A DNA stretch of 64,000 nucleotides. It comes from Narcine bancroftii (taxonomy: Eukaryota). The stretch spans positions 201,810,001 through 201,874,000 of the forward strand of contig NC_091469.1 in assembly GCF_036971445.1 (NCBI RefSeq). The letters run 5' to 3'. The position numbers and the translations under genes are program-made. Numbering within the stretch: position 1 is the stretch's first letter; every line of letters starts with the position of its first letter. The notes beneath the pieces were generated by a model. It saw nothing but the letters and a program-made list of their open reading frames with translations, was not told where the DNA came from and ran no database searches. Shown piece by piece: positions 28,801 to 40,600 of this stretch.

Positions 28801-31074
28801 ATCAGGAGGGCAAGTCAATGCCAGGCTTTAAAACAGAGTGACAGTGTTGTTAGGAGGCAACATTGCTGGGCATTTCTTTTTTGGCAAAGTGAAAACCCCA
28901 GGGCTTTCAAGAACATTAACAAACTCATCTTTCCAGTTTATTACAGGAGCAATAAAAAGTCCTGGATGACACAAATGCCGTTTCAGGATGCCCCTCTCAA
29001 TTTCTATGCCAGTGAAATGGAGAAGTACTGCTTGGTAAAAGGCATACCTTTCAAGATTTTGCTAATTGTAGACAATGCTCCAGGACATTTCCCCCCCTCC
29101 CCTTCATTGATGACCTCCACCCCAACATCAAAGTGGTGTTCCTCCCACCAAACACCACCTCTTTAATCCAGCAAATGGACCAAGGGGTTATTGCAGGATT
29201 CAAGGCCTACTACCTGAGGAGAATCTTTGCTCAGGCTGTTGCTGTAACTGATGACACTGGCAAAACACTGATGCAGTTCTGGAAGGAGTACATTTTCCTC
29301 TGCATAAAGAACCTTGTTTGGGCCTGGAATGATCTGACCAAAGACATGAATAGCATATGAAAAAAATACTGAAGCAGTATGTGCATGTCCTTAAGGGATT
29401 TGAAAAAGATGATGAGATTGCAAGGATTAATAGAGCTATTGTCAACATGGTAAACAACAACCTGAACCTAGACATAGATGATGAGGACATTGAAGAATCC
29501 CTATACGTGATTCATGAGCAACTAACTAATTAAATGTTGCTGGAGCTAGATCAAGAGCAAACAGCTGAAGAAGAGGCAAGGGAAAAGGAAACTGCAGAAG
29601 AAGAACAGGTGCTAGGCAAATTCTTTGCAGACCTTAACAGCTTGCTGAAGAGATGGTCCCAAACACTGAACATTTTTCACCGACAGAAAGGAATGCTCAT
29701 GAACTGCTTGATGCATATAAAGAAATTTATGAAAAGAAAAAGCAAACTCGGCAAACAACACTGGATATATTCCTGAAGAAGCCAACACCTCCCCAGGAAG
29801 AGCCTCAGCCAGGTCCTTCAGTCATTACAGGGTGACAGTTCATCAATGAAAGTTATTCAACTTGAAACTCTTCTAGTGGAACGTTATGAAGAAGTTGAGA
29901 ATAGTGTGATGTTAAATTGTGTGTGACAAAGGCTAAGAAAGCATTTACATAAAAGTTTAAAAATGTGTAAAAAAAAATTAAACAGTTTAATTTATCATAA
30001 GTTCAGCATCCTGTTTAGCTTTGCTAAGTATATACAGTAATATAGTGGTCACACAACGTCTACATTGCATAACACCAAATTTCACAGAACATAGCATGGA
30101 TGTTAAGCGACACATACCTGTAGTAAAGACAGAGGCAATGAATGCTTCAATTTGACCGCGCATTAATTAAAGTCGTGTTATTACCTAATTCTAAGATATG
30201 GGCATCAGAAAAACTTCCATTAGGGTTTGCACCTCCAACTATAACGACCTTTCCTTTTCCTGAGGCTTCTGGAATATATGTGAGAGTGTGACCAACACGA
30301 ACATCTGGACTCTCCCCTCTGGGCACAAAAGCATACCTAAATGGAAAAGGTTGGGAAGACCAAATTCAAACACAATGCAGTCATCTAGAAATTTAAAGTC
30401 ATTTTCTGTAAAGCCAAGGAAATCAACTGGTCTTATAGATCCTCTTGGAAATTCTCTAACACTGTGATTCTTATCTTTTCTTCATCAATTTTAAGTAAAA
30501 ACACAATGCTGGAGAAACTCAGCCAGTCAAACAGTGCATTTTATATAGCAAAGATAAAGATTCATAACTAATGTTTTGGGCTTGAGTCCTTCATTAAGCC
30601 CCTGATTTGATTAAAATGTTGGTTATGTATCTTTATGTTACACAGTTTGACCAGCTGAGTTTCTCCAACATTGTGTTTTTACTTCAACCAGTGTCTGGAG
30701 ACTTTTGTTTTACTTCGTCCATTTTAAGACCCCTTGAAGTATTCCTTTACTTACTAGAGATCTCTCAAGAGAAAAGGAAAACCTATCAATTCATTCTTTT
30801 CCTTTCTATAACCCTACAGTTCTTTGCACCACTTATGGAAAATTTTCCACTCTCACTATTGTCTCTTCAATGCTTCACAACAGAGATTTGAAGTGTACAT
30901 GTTTAAATATCACTCAAAACCTGTTTGGGTGGGTTACAGACAAAGTGATTTAAAGAGAAACTCGATCACATGAACCCAACTGATCATCATGTTACCCACT
31001 GATATATATGCATTGAGAACCCACCATGTTGCTATTTGGGGACTTTCTTCTGGCTCCAAGACAGACAATTCCAT
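16522..31074 (-). CDS. RABEPK: RABEPK, Rab9 effector protein with kelch motifs (7 coding exons, 1125 nt, 374 aa)
   Basis: Spliced translation [10 protein letters not shown]...RVGHT...[13 protein letters not shown]...LLPRYEHA...[22 protein letters not shown]...[11 protein letters not shown]...[16 protein letters not shown]. Exons 31025-31074, 30185-30336, 26812-26964, 25133-25294, 18250-18399, 17846-17995, 16522-16829. HSPA5/PPP6C synteny. Confidence 0.97.
17846..17995 (-). CDS. RABEPK: RABEPK coding exon 6
   Basis: [49 protein letters not shown]. Confidence 0.95.
18250..18399 (-). CDS. RABEPK: RABEPK coding exon 5
   Basis: [40 protein letters not shown]. Confidence 0.95.
19697..20888 (+). 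repeat. G-rich 28-bp minisatellite (GGCCGGCGGGGGAGGGAGGGGCTGGGGC)n, ~42 copies
   Basis: Read directly; the 28-aa periodicity in translation equals 3 units. One interruption at ~20250-20280 and variant terminal copies. Confidence 0.98.
22065..22465 (+). mobile_element. 5'-truncated RTE (BovB-like) LINE with 7-bp TSD
   Basis: [26 protein letters not shown]...[17 protein letters not shown]; ATATGTA at 22058-22064 and 22466-22472. Confidence 0.9.
23700..24570 (+). mobile_element. Highly degraded CR1-like LINE fragments
   Basis: Remnant motifs (GTTGCTAATGTGGTA, GAGTGGCAAATG, TACAAAACATTAGTAAGGCCAGAGTTAAAATATAGTGCAG); boundaries approximate. Confidence 0.5.
25133..25294 (-). CDS. RABEPK: RABEPK coding exon 4
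   Basis: [20 protein letters not shown]...[24 protein letters not shown]. Confidence 0.95.
26465..26650 (+). mobile_element. tRNA-derived SINE
   Basis: B-box-like GGGTTCAAATT followed by core GGAGTTTGTACATTCTC...GTGGGTTTCCTCTGGGTGCTCCAGTTTCC. Related copies at ~11030-11215 (-), ~54150-54365 (-), ~55798-56020 (+), ~62830-63060 (+). Confidence 0.7.
26812..26964 (-). CDS. RABEPK: RABEPK coding exon 3
   Basis: [21 protein letters not shown]...[21 protein letters not shown]. Confidence 0.95.
28002..30120 (+). mobile_element. Near full-length Tigger/pogo DNA transposon with disrupted transposase
   Basis: TIRs CAGGTATGCATCGCTTAAC / GTTAAGCGACACATACCTG plus TA on the right. Fragments [69 protein letters not shown], separated by frameshifts and stops. 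Confidence 0.93.
30185..30336 (-). CDS. RABEPK: RABEPK coding exon 2
   Basis: [50 protein letters not shown]. Confidence 0.95.
30493..30684. repeat. Palindromic Penelope-like terminal element
   Basis: AAGTAAAAACACAATGCTGGAGAAACTCAGC ... GCTGAGTTTCTCCAACATTGTGTTTTTACTT inverted arms. Confidence 0.65.
31025..31074 (-). CDS. RABEPK: RABEPK coding exon 1
   Basis: [17 protein letters not shown]; upstream acceptor TTTTATTCCAG at 31090. Confidence 0.9.
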
Positions 31075-31184
31075 CACCACTTGATGAAGCTGGAATAAAA
31101 TATTCAGAAATTAAATATTTATTCTTTCACTTAAGATGTCTAAAACTGCCTCATAATGTAATTCTATTAACGTCCGAAATCAAT

Positions 31185-31551
31185 CAACGACGAAGGGTTC
31201 CGACCCAAAACGTCAAGGCCTCTTTCTTTCCCACGGCTGCTGTTGCTCCAGCAGACGGTCTGAATCTGTGGTGATGACCACGAGCCGGTCCGGCCTTCCT
31301 CTGTGCATCGACGCTTTCCTCGAGGCGGCCCCCCACCCCCCGGGCGTGGCTGAGGCGACCTGAACTTTCAGCCCCTCCCCCCGCTCGAAGTTCCTCGGGC
31401 TTCAGGTGAGAGCGTGTCGTTCGGAGAGCGGGCGCGTGCTGAGAAAGGGAAAGCCTGCCGTGCACGACCAAGGCAGGCAGACGGGTGAGTGGCGGGCTTG
31501 GCGAGAGCCGGAAGCGCGTCACTGGCCCGGGGTGGGCCAGTCAGTCCCAAA
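31185..31551. promoter_or_regulatory. Shared CpG-island bidirectional promoter of RABEPK and PPP6C
   Basis: CpG-rich, no TATA box, GC boxes (CCCCCGC, GGGCG), ETS/GABP CCGGAAG at 31508, YY1-type CAAAATGGCG over the PPP6C ATG; divergent genes on either side. Confidence 0.8.
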
Positions 31552-31626
31552 ATGGCGCCTCTGGATCTGGACAAGTATGTGGAGATAGCTCGGCAGTGCA
31601 AATACCTTCCGGAAAATGATCTGAAG
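31552..31626 (+). CDS. PPP6C: PPP6C exon 1
   Basis: [25 protein letters not shown], donor GTAACG. Confidence 0.97.
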
Positions 31627-34600
31627 GTAACGAGCTGGCATATTTACCCCATCCTTTAACTCCATTCCCGCCTTCTGACCAGCCGCATCCGCTTGGATGG
31701 CGGACAAATTTGTACGAGCTGTCAAATTGTGGAGCTCTACCTTGTACAGTATGTAGAGGCCTTTCCTGAATGCGATATCCGCTCTGAGAATGTACTATAA
31801 ATACAATAAGAGGGGGGAGGGAAGAGAAAAGAACTGGTTCTCTGCGTTGACTATTAAATGTGGCCCAAAATAAAACGTTTGAAATGCCGACCATCCCCAC
31901 TAGTCGAAGGTGCCGCCAGCGAACAGCTTCGCCGTCTGCACTGGCATCTCTGAACACAACAAGATTGTTAAATTTGTTCGGTTTACTGGTGGCCAAAGGA
32001 TGGGGAAAGAGACCTTATTTTTTAAAGGATGGTTGTAATATGGCTGGAAAGCTATGTGTTGTGGCTTTTCAGTCCGCTGCTTACCAGAGGCGTTCACTCT
32101 TGTTTTTGATCTCTTTGAGGTGAAATACGAAAGTTTGCAGACGCTGCGATTGTAGTTTAAAACACACAGGTGCTGTATGAACTCAACCGGTCTCACAGCG
32201 TCCATAGGAGGTTAAGATATATTACCGACGTTTCGGGTCTGAGACCTTACTCGTACCTTGACGAAGGGCTCCGTCGGTAATATATCTTGACCTCCCATGG
32301 ACTCTGCGAGACCGGCTGAGTTCCTCCAACATCTGTGTGCTTTTACTTTCAGAAGGGTCGGTTTTGCTTTATGTTGCATCCAAGCAAAAGTTGCGTAAGT
32401 TATTTTTTGTAATGTGTTAGAAACCGTATCATGACCAATTGTTGCCAAATCAAAAATAACACCAGATGAAGCATTGTTTTAGGAGGAAAAAGTGATAAAT
32501 CAACACCTACCCCTTGCATTTAATATGGTACAACATCCTAAAGTCCTTCACACTATGTGTGTGGTTGGGGTGGGGGGTGGGGGGGGGGTTTGGTGGGGAA
32601 TACTTTTTTTATTGGTTACAGTGTGGGTAAATTTCAAAACTGGTTCTATCTAGTTGTATTCCATTTGCTACTACATAACTTTAAAGAGTTAGAATTTATT
32701 GCCACGAAATTCATTGTTTTGTGGCAGCATTATTGTGCCTTTCATGTGGGAGGGAAAATGCTATAAATTACATTTTTTTAAAAAATAGATTGGTCCAAAA
32801 GAAGAGGAAAACGTAAAGTAGTGTCTGGTTCATTGTCCATTCAGAAATCTGATGGTAGAGGAGAAGAAGTTGTTTTTGTACTATTGGGTCTTCAGGCTCC
32901 TGTACCTACTTCCTGATGATATCAGTGAGCAGAGGGTGGTGAGGGTCCTTAATGATAGAGGCTGCTTTTTTGAGGCACTGCCTCTTGTAGATGTCCTTAA
33001 TGGAATGAAGACTAATGCCCATGATGGTGCTGGCCAAGTTCACAACACTCTAGCCTTTTCCTGTCCTGTGCATTATCACTTCCATTCCTCTCCTGTATGC
33101 TTCCTCCTTGCCATCTGTTAGTCTGCTGCTGTCCAAGGTGTCATTGGCAAATTTGGAGATGGCATTTGAATTGTGCCTGGCCACACGATCATGGGTGCAG
33201 AAGGAATGGAGCAGTGGGCTAAGCATGGATGCATGCTTGAGATGTGCCTATGTTGATTCAGTGAACAGGAGACATTGTTACTGATTCGCAATGACTGTGG
33301 TCTTCGATGAGGAAGTCAAGGATCTGGTTGCTGAGGGAGGTGCAGAGGCCCAGGTTTTGAAGCTTGCTGACCAGTACTGAGGGGATGATGGTGTTGAAAG
33401 CTAGGCTGTAATTGATGAAAAGCAAACGGATGTACGCATTGCTCTTGTCTATGTGATCTATGGCTGAGTGAAGAGCCAATGAGATTTCATCTGCTGTGGA
33501 GCGATTGTGGTGGTTGGCAAATTGCAGTGGGTCCAGTTCTTGGCCATTGAAAAAGAAATCTTTATAAATTTACATAAAAAGAAAATGGCAAGTTATTTGT
33601 AAAACAGCCATGTTAGTTGATATTTACTAATTCTTTCTCAGTGAGTGGCTAATAACTAATGTCACCTAGCCTAATATTGTCTAGTGGAGACACCACCATG
33701 GTTACACCACCATGGTCTGAACTCTAATTCTGGTGGAAAGCACCCAAGATGCACACAACATATACATGTGTGCTTGAGTGACTTTCTTCAGACCACCATT
33801 CAATAATGAATAAAAAACAATTACTAATTTAAAAATTGTGCAATTTCCTTTTTATTTATAGAAGTGTGTAGAAATGAAACATCTTTTGTGATTGTGTTTA
33901 ATTACTTTCATTTAGATTATTTGTAATTCCAGTAACCACTTCCACAAGTCTCAGTAGCTCTATGTAGCTAATGGCTAATCATGGAATCACAGCCTATAGG
34001 CCTTCTTTTGTCTTGCCTAAATTTGTGCCAGCTGTTTCAAAGGGCATTCCAGATATATTTGCCCATATTGCAATGTATTTCTCCTTCATGCATTAATTTT
34101 TTTTAAATTGAAGCTGAATCCACTACCTCATTAGCTTGTGCATTCCACTTCACCTAGATTCTTGAAGATCATCATTTTCTCCATGCATGACAGTAATTCC
34201 TCATTCCTTCAAACATTCTTATGAGAGCTTTCTGCATCTATTCAAAGCTTTCATATCCTTCCCAAAGAACAGGGCTGGAATTGGATACAATGCACTCAAT
34301 GGAACCAAGCTAATATACAAGCTTAGCATTGTCACCAGGTCCCATATGCAACTTTAACTGTCTTGCCTGTGCTACCTTCAGAACTTTACACATAAACACA
34401 ACAGGTGAGTTTATTTTTGCAATCCTTGGAAAATTGTACCATTTAAGCTTGTATTGTTTCTCCCTCCAAAAAATACTATCATCTCAGACTTTCAATGTGG
34501 GTCTTAACAGTTATGTCTCCTCATTCTACCTGCCTATTTATTTATAAATTGCAAGGATAAAAGCAAAATATTAAAAGATATCAGTAGGTTAAGCAATTGA

Positions 34601-37600
34601 GCATGTGTTTTAGGAGATGGACAAAAATGAGGTCGTACACTTTGGATCTAGTGAGGATGGAGTACTTTCTAAATGGCACAAGTCAGGAAGCAAGAGGTTC
34701 AAAGACATTTGGTCCATGTACAAAGGATTAGGGTTAAAGTGTAATGAACTAGTATTTAAGATCAACAATTGAATCATGATCTGTCTATCTTGAGAACTAA
34801 AATAGAAAGTGTATACAACTTCCCATCCAATTTGTACATGGAATATTGTGGAATGTTTTGTATACAAGACTTGGAAAAATAGTGACAATTATGGATCAAA
34901 ATAAGTGGATCGAGATTGTTCTTGCAAGAAACAATTAGGTAAATTAGGGTTGATTCTGAAATTTGAGATAAGAAGCAAAAGTGAAATGAACTCTGAGATC
35001 AAGTGTTTCTGAATATTGTACACTGTCGTTTACAACTCCCACCTAATTCCTAATTCATCTAATCTCCAAATTATTAGTTTTTTTATTAGAAACAGTAGAC
35101 ACCCTAGTGGATGTATCAAATGGTCCTAAAATGGCCATTCACTACTTGTTTGAATTTTGTAACACTATTAATATATGCATTTCTCAGAGTACATTTACAA
35201 AAAGTGTGCATTCCTAAGAAACAATTTTTGTAAAATTTGAAGTAATGTAAAACCAAGCTGCCCTAGCCTCATCCACTCTGTTGATTACATCAAAAAATTA
35301 TAACAAATTAAACATTTTGTCTTTGTATGTGCTGACTTTCTTTTATTAGTGTACAATTGTGAAAGTGACTGTTATTTTCTTATCTCCATCATTGCTTCGA
35401 AAAACTTTAGTATTAGTATTAAACCTACAGATGTATATATACTTCCCTTTTAAATTGAAAATGAGTGTAGTATTTTCAGTTTTCAGATTTATTGCCAGAG
35501 TACATGCATGACATCATACAACTCCGATTCCTTTTTTCTGCAGGCATGGCAGAATTACCACTAATTGATAGTGCAAAAGTAAACTGAACACAGTGTTAAC
35601 ATGTAAACAAATAAAAGAACTGTAAACAGACAATGAATGTAAACTGTGCAATGCAGAGAGAACAAAAAGAAAATCAATAAAGTGCACAAGTAAGAGTCCT
35701 TAAGTGAGTCTCTGATTTAAGTTTGTCATTGAGAACTCTGATGGTGGAGGGGTAGCAGCTATTCCTGAACCTGGTGGTATGGGTCTTGTGGCACCTATTC
35801 CTTCTTTCTGATGGCAACAGCGAGAACAGAGCATATGTTGGTTGGTGTGGGTCTTTGATGATTGCTGCTGCCCTCTGACAGATGTAGATGTACTTGGTAG
35901 TAGGGAGGGTTTTGCCTGTGATGTGTTGGGCTGTGTCCACTGCCTTTTGGAGAGCTTTGCACTCAGGCGTATTGGTGTTTCAATACAAGACCATGAAGTA
36001 GCTGGTCAGCACACTTTCCACCACACCTCTGTAGAAATTTGCCAGGGTTTCTGGTGTCCTACGAAACCTCCACAATCTCCTGAGGAAGTAGAGGCGCTGA
36101 TGTGCTTTCTTCACTTTGCCATTGGTGTGTTGGGTCCAGGAAATATCCTCTGAGATAGTGACTCCCAAGAACTTAAATTTGCTTACTCCCTCCACCTCTG
36201 ATCCCCCAAAGATCACTGGATTGTATACCTCTGGCTTTTACTCCTTGTCCTACGAGAGTTGGTACTTGGAAGTTCATGGCTCCTACATTTATGATCTTTA
36301 CATTTAACTCCTTCAGCAATTTTTAATATATTGCATGTAGTTTGGCAGATAATAATATCAAGTTTTTGTTCCTTTCATTCTTAGTGTGAGAATGATATCA
36401 CGTAATTTGTTCTTATTGATTCTAATGCACTGATTGTTTGTGTAAATAAACAATACTATAAATTAATTTGATTTTAAAGTGACATCTTTTTGTAGATTTT
36501 TTTAAGATGACTATTTCTATACATTGTTTAATTATGAAGACTACAGGAGTCTTTGCAGATTGATTTTTTTTCAGTTCATCAACAATAACTTGTATTTATA
36601 TGGTTCCTTTTAAAAATATTCCCAAGGAGCTTCAGATTTGTTATCAAACAAAATTCAACATTAAGTCTCAAGGAGATAATCAAGCACAAGTTCTAAGATT
36701 TGCTACAAACAAGAGAAACTGAGGTTTTAGAATATGTCTTCTGTTGTGGAGATATTAGTTATGGAGATGAATAGTTTATTCTCACTGGAATATTGGAGGT
36801 TTGCTTTGAAAAGGTTCATACTATTGAGGAGCATGGATGGGGAGGGAGTGGGTAGTCTTTTTCCCAAGGAAAGGGAGTCCAGACAAGGGGGCATAGGTTT
36901 AAGGATAGAGGGGAGAAATGTAAAGGACATGAGGATGGATGGTGGTTATCTGGAATGTGTTGTAAGAGAAAGTGGTAGTGACAGATCCAGTTGCATTTAA
37001 AAGACTTTTGGGCAAGTACTTTGACAGGAAAGGCTTGGGACCTAATGCAGGCAAATGAAATTCACATAGATGGGCATGCTGAGATGTTCTCAACATGGAT
37101 GAGGTAGCCTAAAAGGGCCTGTTTCTGTTTTGTTCAATTCAATTATAATGGAGAGCATTGGATGTGTAGATATTTTGGATGCTTGTAGGACTGGAGATTA
37201 GCAAGGGGGAGAAGCTATTGAAGGGATTCAAACCAAGAATGAGAATTTTAAAATCATAACTATTCTTTACAGATGCGATTTGCTCAAATTAATAATAACA
37301 GATCGTCTTTTTTGGAATATTTTAATTAAAAATCCATACATGCAGTAACAATAGCTATTTTAATACAAATTGGTGGTTTTCATCCCACCTGTAAAGCTCC
37401 TCCCTCCCATCCAAGAACCTCTTCAAAGAAACAATATACAGTATGAAAAAATATAACTTTATAGGTATTTAAAAGAAATCTTTGGATTGCGGAGAAAGAT
37501 GTCATCCAGTACAAATCACCAGATCTAACATAAGCATACAGAGGAGAATCCCGCAGGTCTAGAGGGATAAGAAGGATATCATTACAAATTTAATTCCATT

Positions 37601-40600
37601 ATTTGGATGTACAGGCACCAGATTTGTGAAAAGATGGGGTATTTATTTCTTAAATTATAAAAGATTTTTTGTTATAAAGGAATACAACTTTGAATTTCAG
37701 CATGCCACCTTGGCATAGTCAAATGGAGAGCATTGGATGTGTAGATATTGCAATGCATTTCCTTGCTAATGCTAATTTAACAAGTTCCAATTGATAATTA
37801 ATTTCAATTTGGGTCTTGTACCTTGAATATTTCCAAATAAAAATAAATCAGGACTTTGCGGAAAAGCAATTTCTGTAACTTGTTCCAAAAGGTTATGTAA
37901 AACCTGCCAAAAGGGTTACACATTGAATGTGTAAAGGATCCCACATCTTCACCCCCACCTAAAACATTGGTTTGATAAATCTAATTTCAATCTATTCAAC
38001 TTTTGTGGTGTAAGATATAATTGATGTAAGATATAGATAACTTCAATATAATTTTTACATTAATGGTATTAGTCATACAATCCCTACATAAATTTTCCCA
38101 CATTTGTTGATCATTTATAATATTCATCTGTTTCCCATCTTTGACTAGATCGATGTAATCCTAGTTTAGAAGTTCCTGCTTGTAATAATTAATAAAACAA
38201 AGAAGTGATTTTTTTTTCAACAATTCCACTCCTAATAAGTTCTATTTCAGTGCAACTAGACAGAAACATAGTTAGTCCAAGCTTATCCCTCAAATATTCT
38301 CTTAACTGAAAATGGCAAAAAAAAGTATTATGTGGTGTAGCATATTTGTTTCTTAATTGCTTAAAACCATATACTCTTGTAAAAGCTAAAAGAGGGCTTT
38401 GGATCAATGGCATTTTAGGTGATATTGACCCGCCACCAATATCATGATTTATTTTATTCCAAACATTAAGCAAATGTTTCAATAATGGTGTCTCTTTATT
38501 AACAACCAACAATTTCAATTCCAACATATATAAATTCTTCTGCTTTCTTCTCTCCTATTTTATTCAATTCGCTATTGCTGATTTTTTTTTCCAAAAAAGA
38601 AGCAAGAAATTTCATCTGTGCTACTTGATGATAATTTCTAAAATTACTAGCTGTAAACCTCCCAATTTGTATTTCCACGTTAACTTCTCTATAGAAACTC
38701 TTGATATTTTACCTTTTCAAAGAAATTTCCTTACTTGTTTATTTAATTCTTAAAATAATTTTGAGGTATTAAAATTGGTAACCTCAGGAAAAGATGTTGC
38801 ATTCTTGGAAGTATATTCATATTTATACAATTCACCCTTCCAGCTAGAGTTATAAGTAGCTGATTGTATGTCTGTTGATAAAATATAGTCGCATATTTAT
38901 TGGAAGAGGTTTATGATACTTCCCCCCACCCCCCGAGAAAAATTAGGTATTAGAAGACTGCAGTTCAAGTCTTTTCCTGTCAAGCAATAGTTTTAAAACA
39001 GACATTAAATTTACTAATGTTGATGGTCTTTTAATTGTCTCACTCTGCTTTTTTTAAATCAATTCTAAAGTGAATGTGAACTGATTTTCCAACTTCTATG
39101 TGTGATGCAGACTATCTGACCAATCACCTCTCTAAAAGACTCCCATACTCAGTTAGATTGAATGATTAATGACTTCTTTTGGAGCCTGTATGATCGTTTT
39201 TCTTTGGAAATATATCACCTTTATTAATTGAAATAATTTACTTTTATGCTTAGCGTCTCTGCGACTATGTGTGTGACTTGCTTTTGGAAGAGTCTAATGT
39301 CCAACCAGTGTCTACACCAGTTACAGTCTGTGGGGACATACATGGGCAGGTAAATTTAAATTATTTGAAGACTTAATCTTTCTTGAATGCAGCTATTCCA
39401 GATTTTTAATAACTGCTTAATAATTGTTGGTTAACTATTTAAATCTTTTGTTTTAATGCAAATTACAATCTTTGATTTTCATTGTTGGGTGGGATGCTAA
39501 CTTTGGAACAAGCAACAATGGCATGAGTTATTAAAATTAATTATTTTACTTGATTAAAGCTGATTTTGAGATTGTTGCTTGGGTATGAAATCTTTGCTAT
39601 TTTGAAGTATGTATATTCCAAAAGAGTTCCTCAGTGTGACAATTTTCCTTAAGTCCCAAAAGAGTTTTGTGTTTTTGCCCTTCACCTTTTATTTTTTGCC
39701 ATTTGAACAGATTAGATTCAGATCAAATTTCAGTTTTATTGTCAGAGTATATACATGACAACTCCTACAACTCTGAGATTTTTCCTGCTTCAGGCCAGGC
39801 AGAATTACCACTTATTGGCAGTACAAAAAAAAGGACTCAATGTACACATGTAAACAAATAGAATAATGTAAACAAACTGAGCAATACAGAGAAAAAAAAT
39901 CAAAGTGCAAAAATAAGTCCTTAAATGAGTTCCTGATTGGGATTGTTGTTGAGGAGTCTGATGGTGGAGTGGTAGGAGCTGTTCCTGAACCTAGTGTTGT
40001 GAGTCTTGTGGTACCTGTACCTCTTTCCTGATGAAAGCAGTGATAACAGAATGTGTCCTGAGTGATGTGGATCCTTGATGATTGCTGCTGCTCTCTGGCA
40101 GCAGTGTTCCCTGTAGATGTTCTCAATGATGGGAAGAGTTTTATCCATATGTCCTGGGCTGTGTCCACTACCTTTTGGAGGGCTTTTCACTCAGGGGTAC
40201 TGATGTCCCCATACCAGACCACAATGCAGCTGGTCAGCACACTTTCCACCACACATCTGTAGAAATTTGCCAGGGTTTCTGATGTCATGCCAAACCTCCA
40301 CAAACTCCTGAAGATGTAGAGGTGCTCACGTGCTTTCTTTACAATACAATTTGTGTGTTGGGTCCAGGAAAAATCCTCTGAGATAGTGACTCCCAAGAAC
40401 TTAAATTTGCTCACCCTCTCCATCTCTGATTTCCCCCAATAATTAATGGATCATACACCTCTGGTTTTCCCTTCCTGAAGTCAACAATCAGCTCCTTGGT
40501 TTTGGTGACATTAAGTGCGAGGTTGCTGTTGGTACACAATTCAGCCATGTTTTTTTTCAATCTCCCTCCTGTATGCCGACTCATTCCCCATTTTCATACA

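Noticed and set aside
28002-30120. Domesticated TIGD-like gene
   Set aside because: Multiple stops and frameshifts with TIRs retained; it is a fossil transposon.
31184-32205. Short ORFs around the bidirectional promoter
   Set aside because: GC-rich background ORFs overlapping PPP6C exon 1 and intron 1; no homology recognised.
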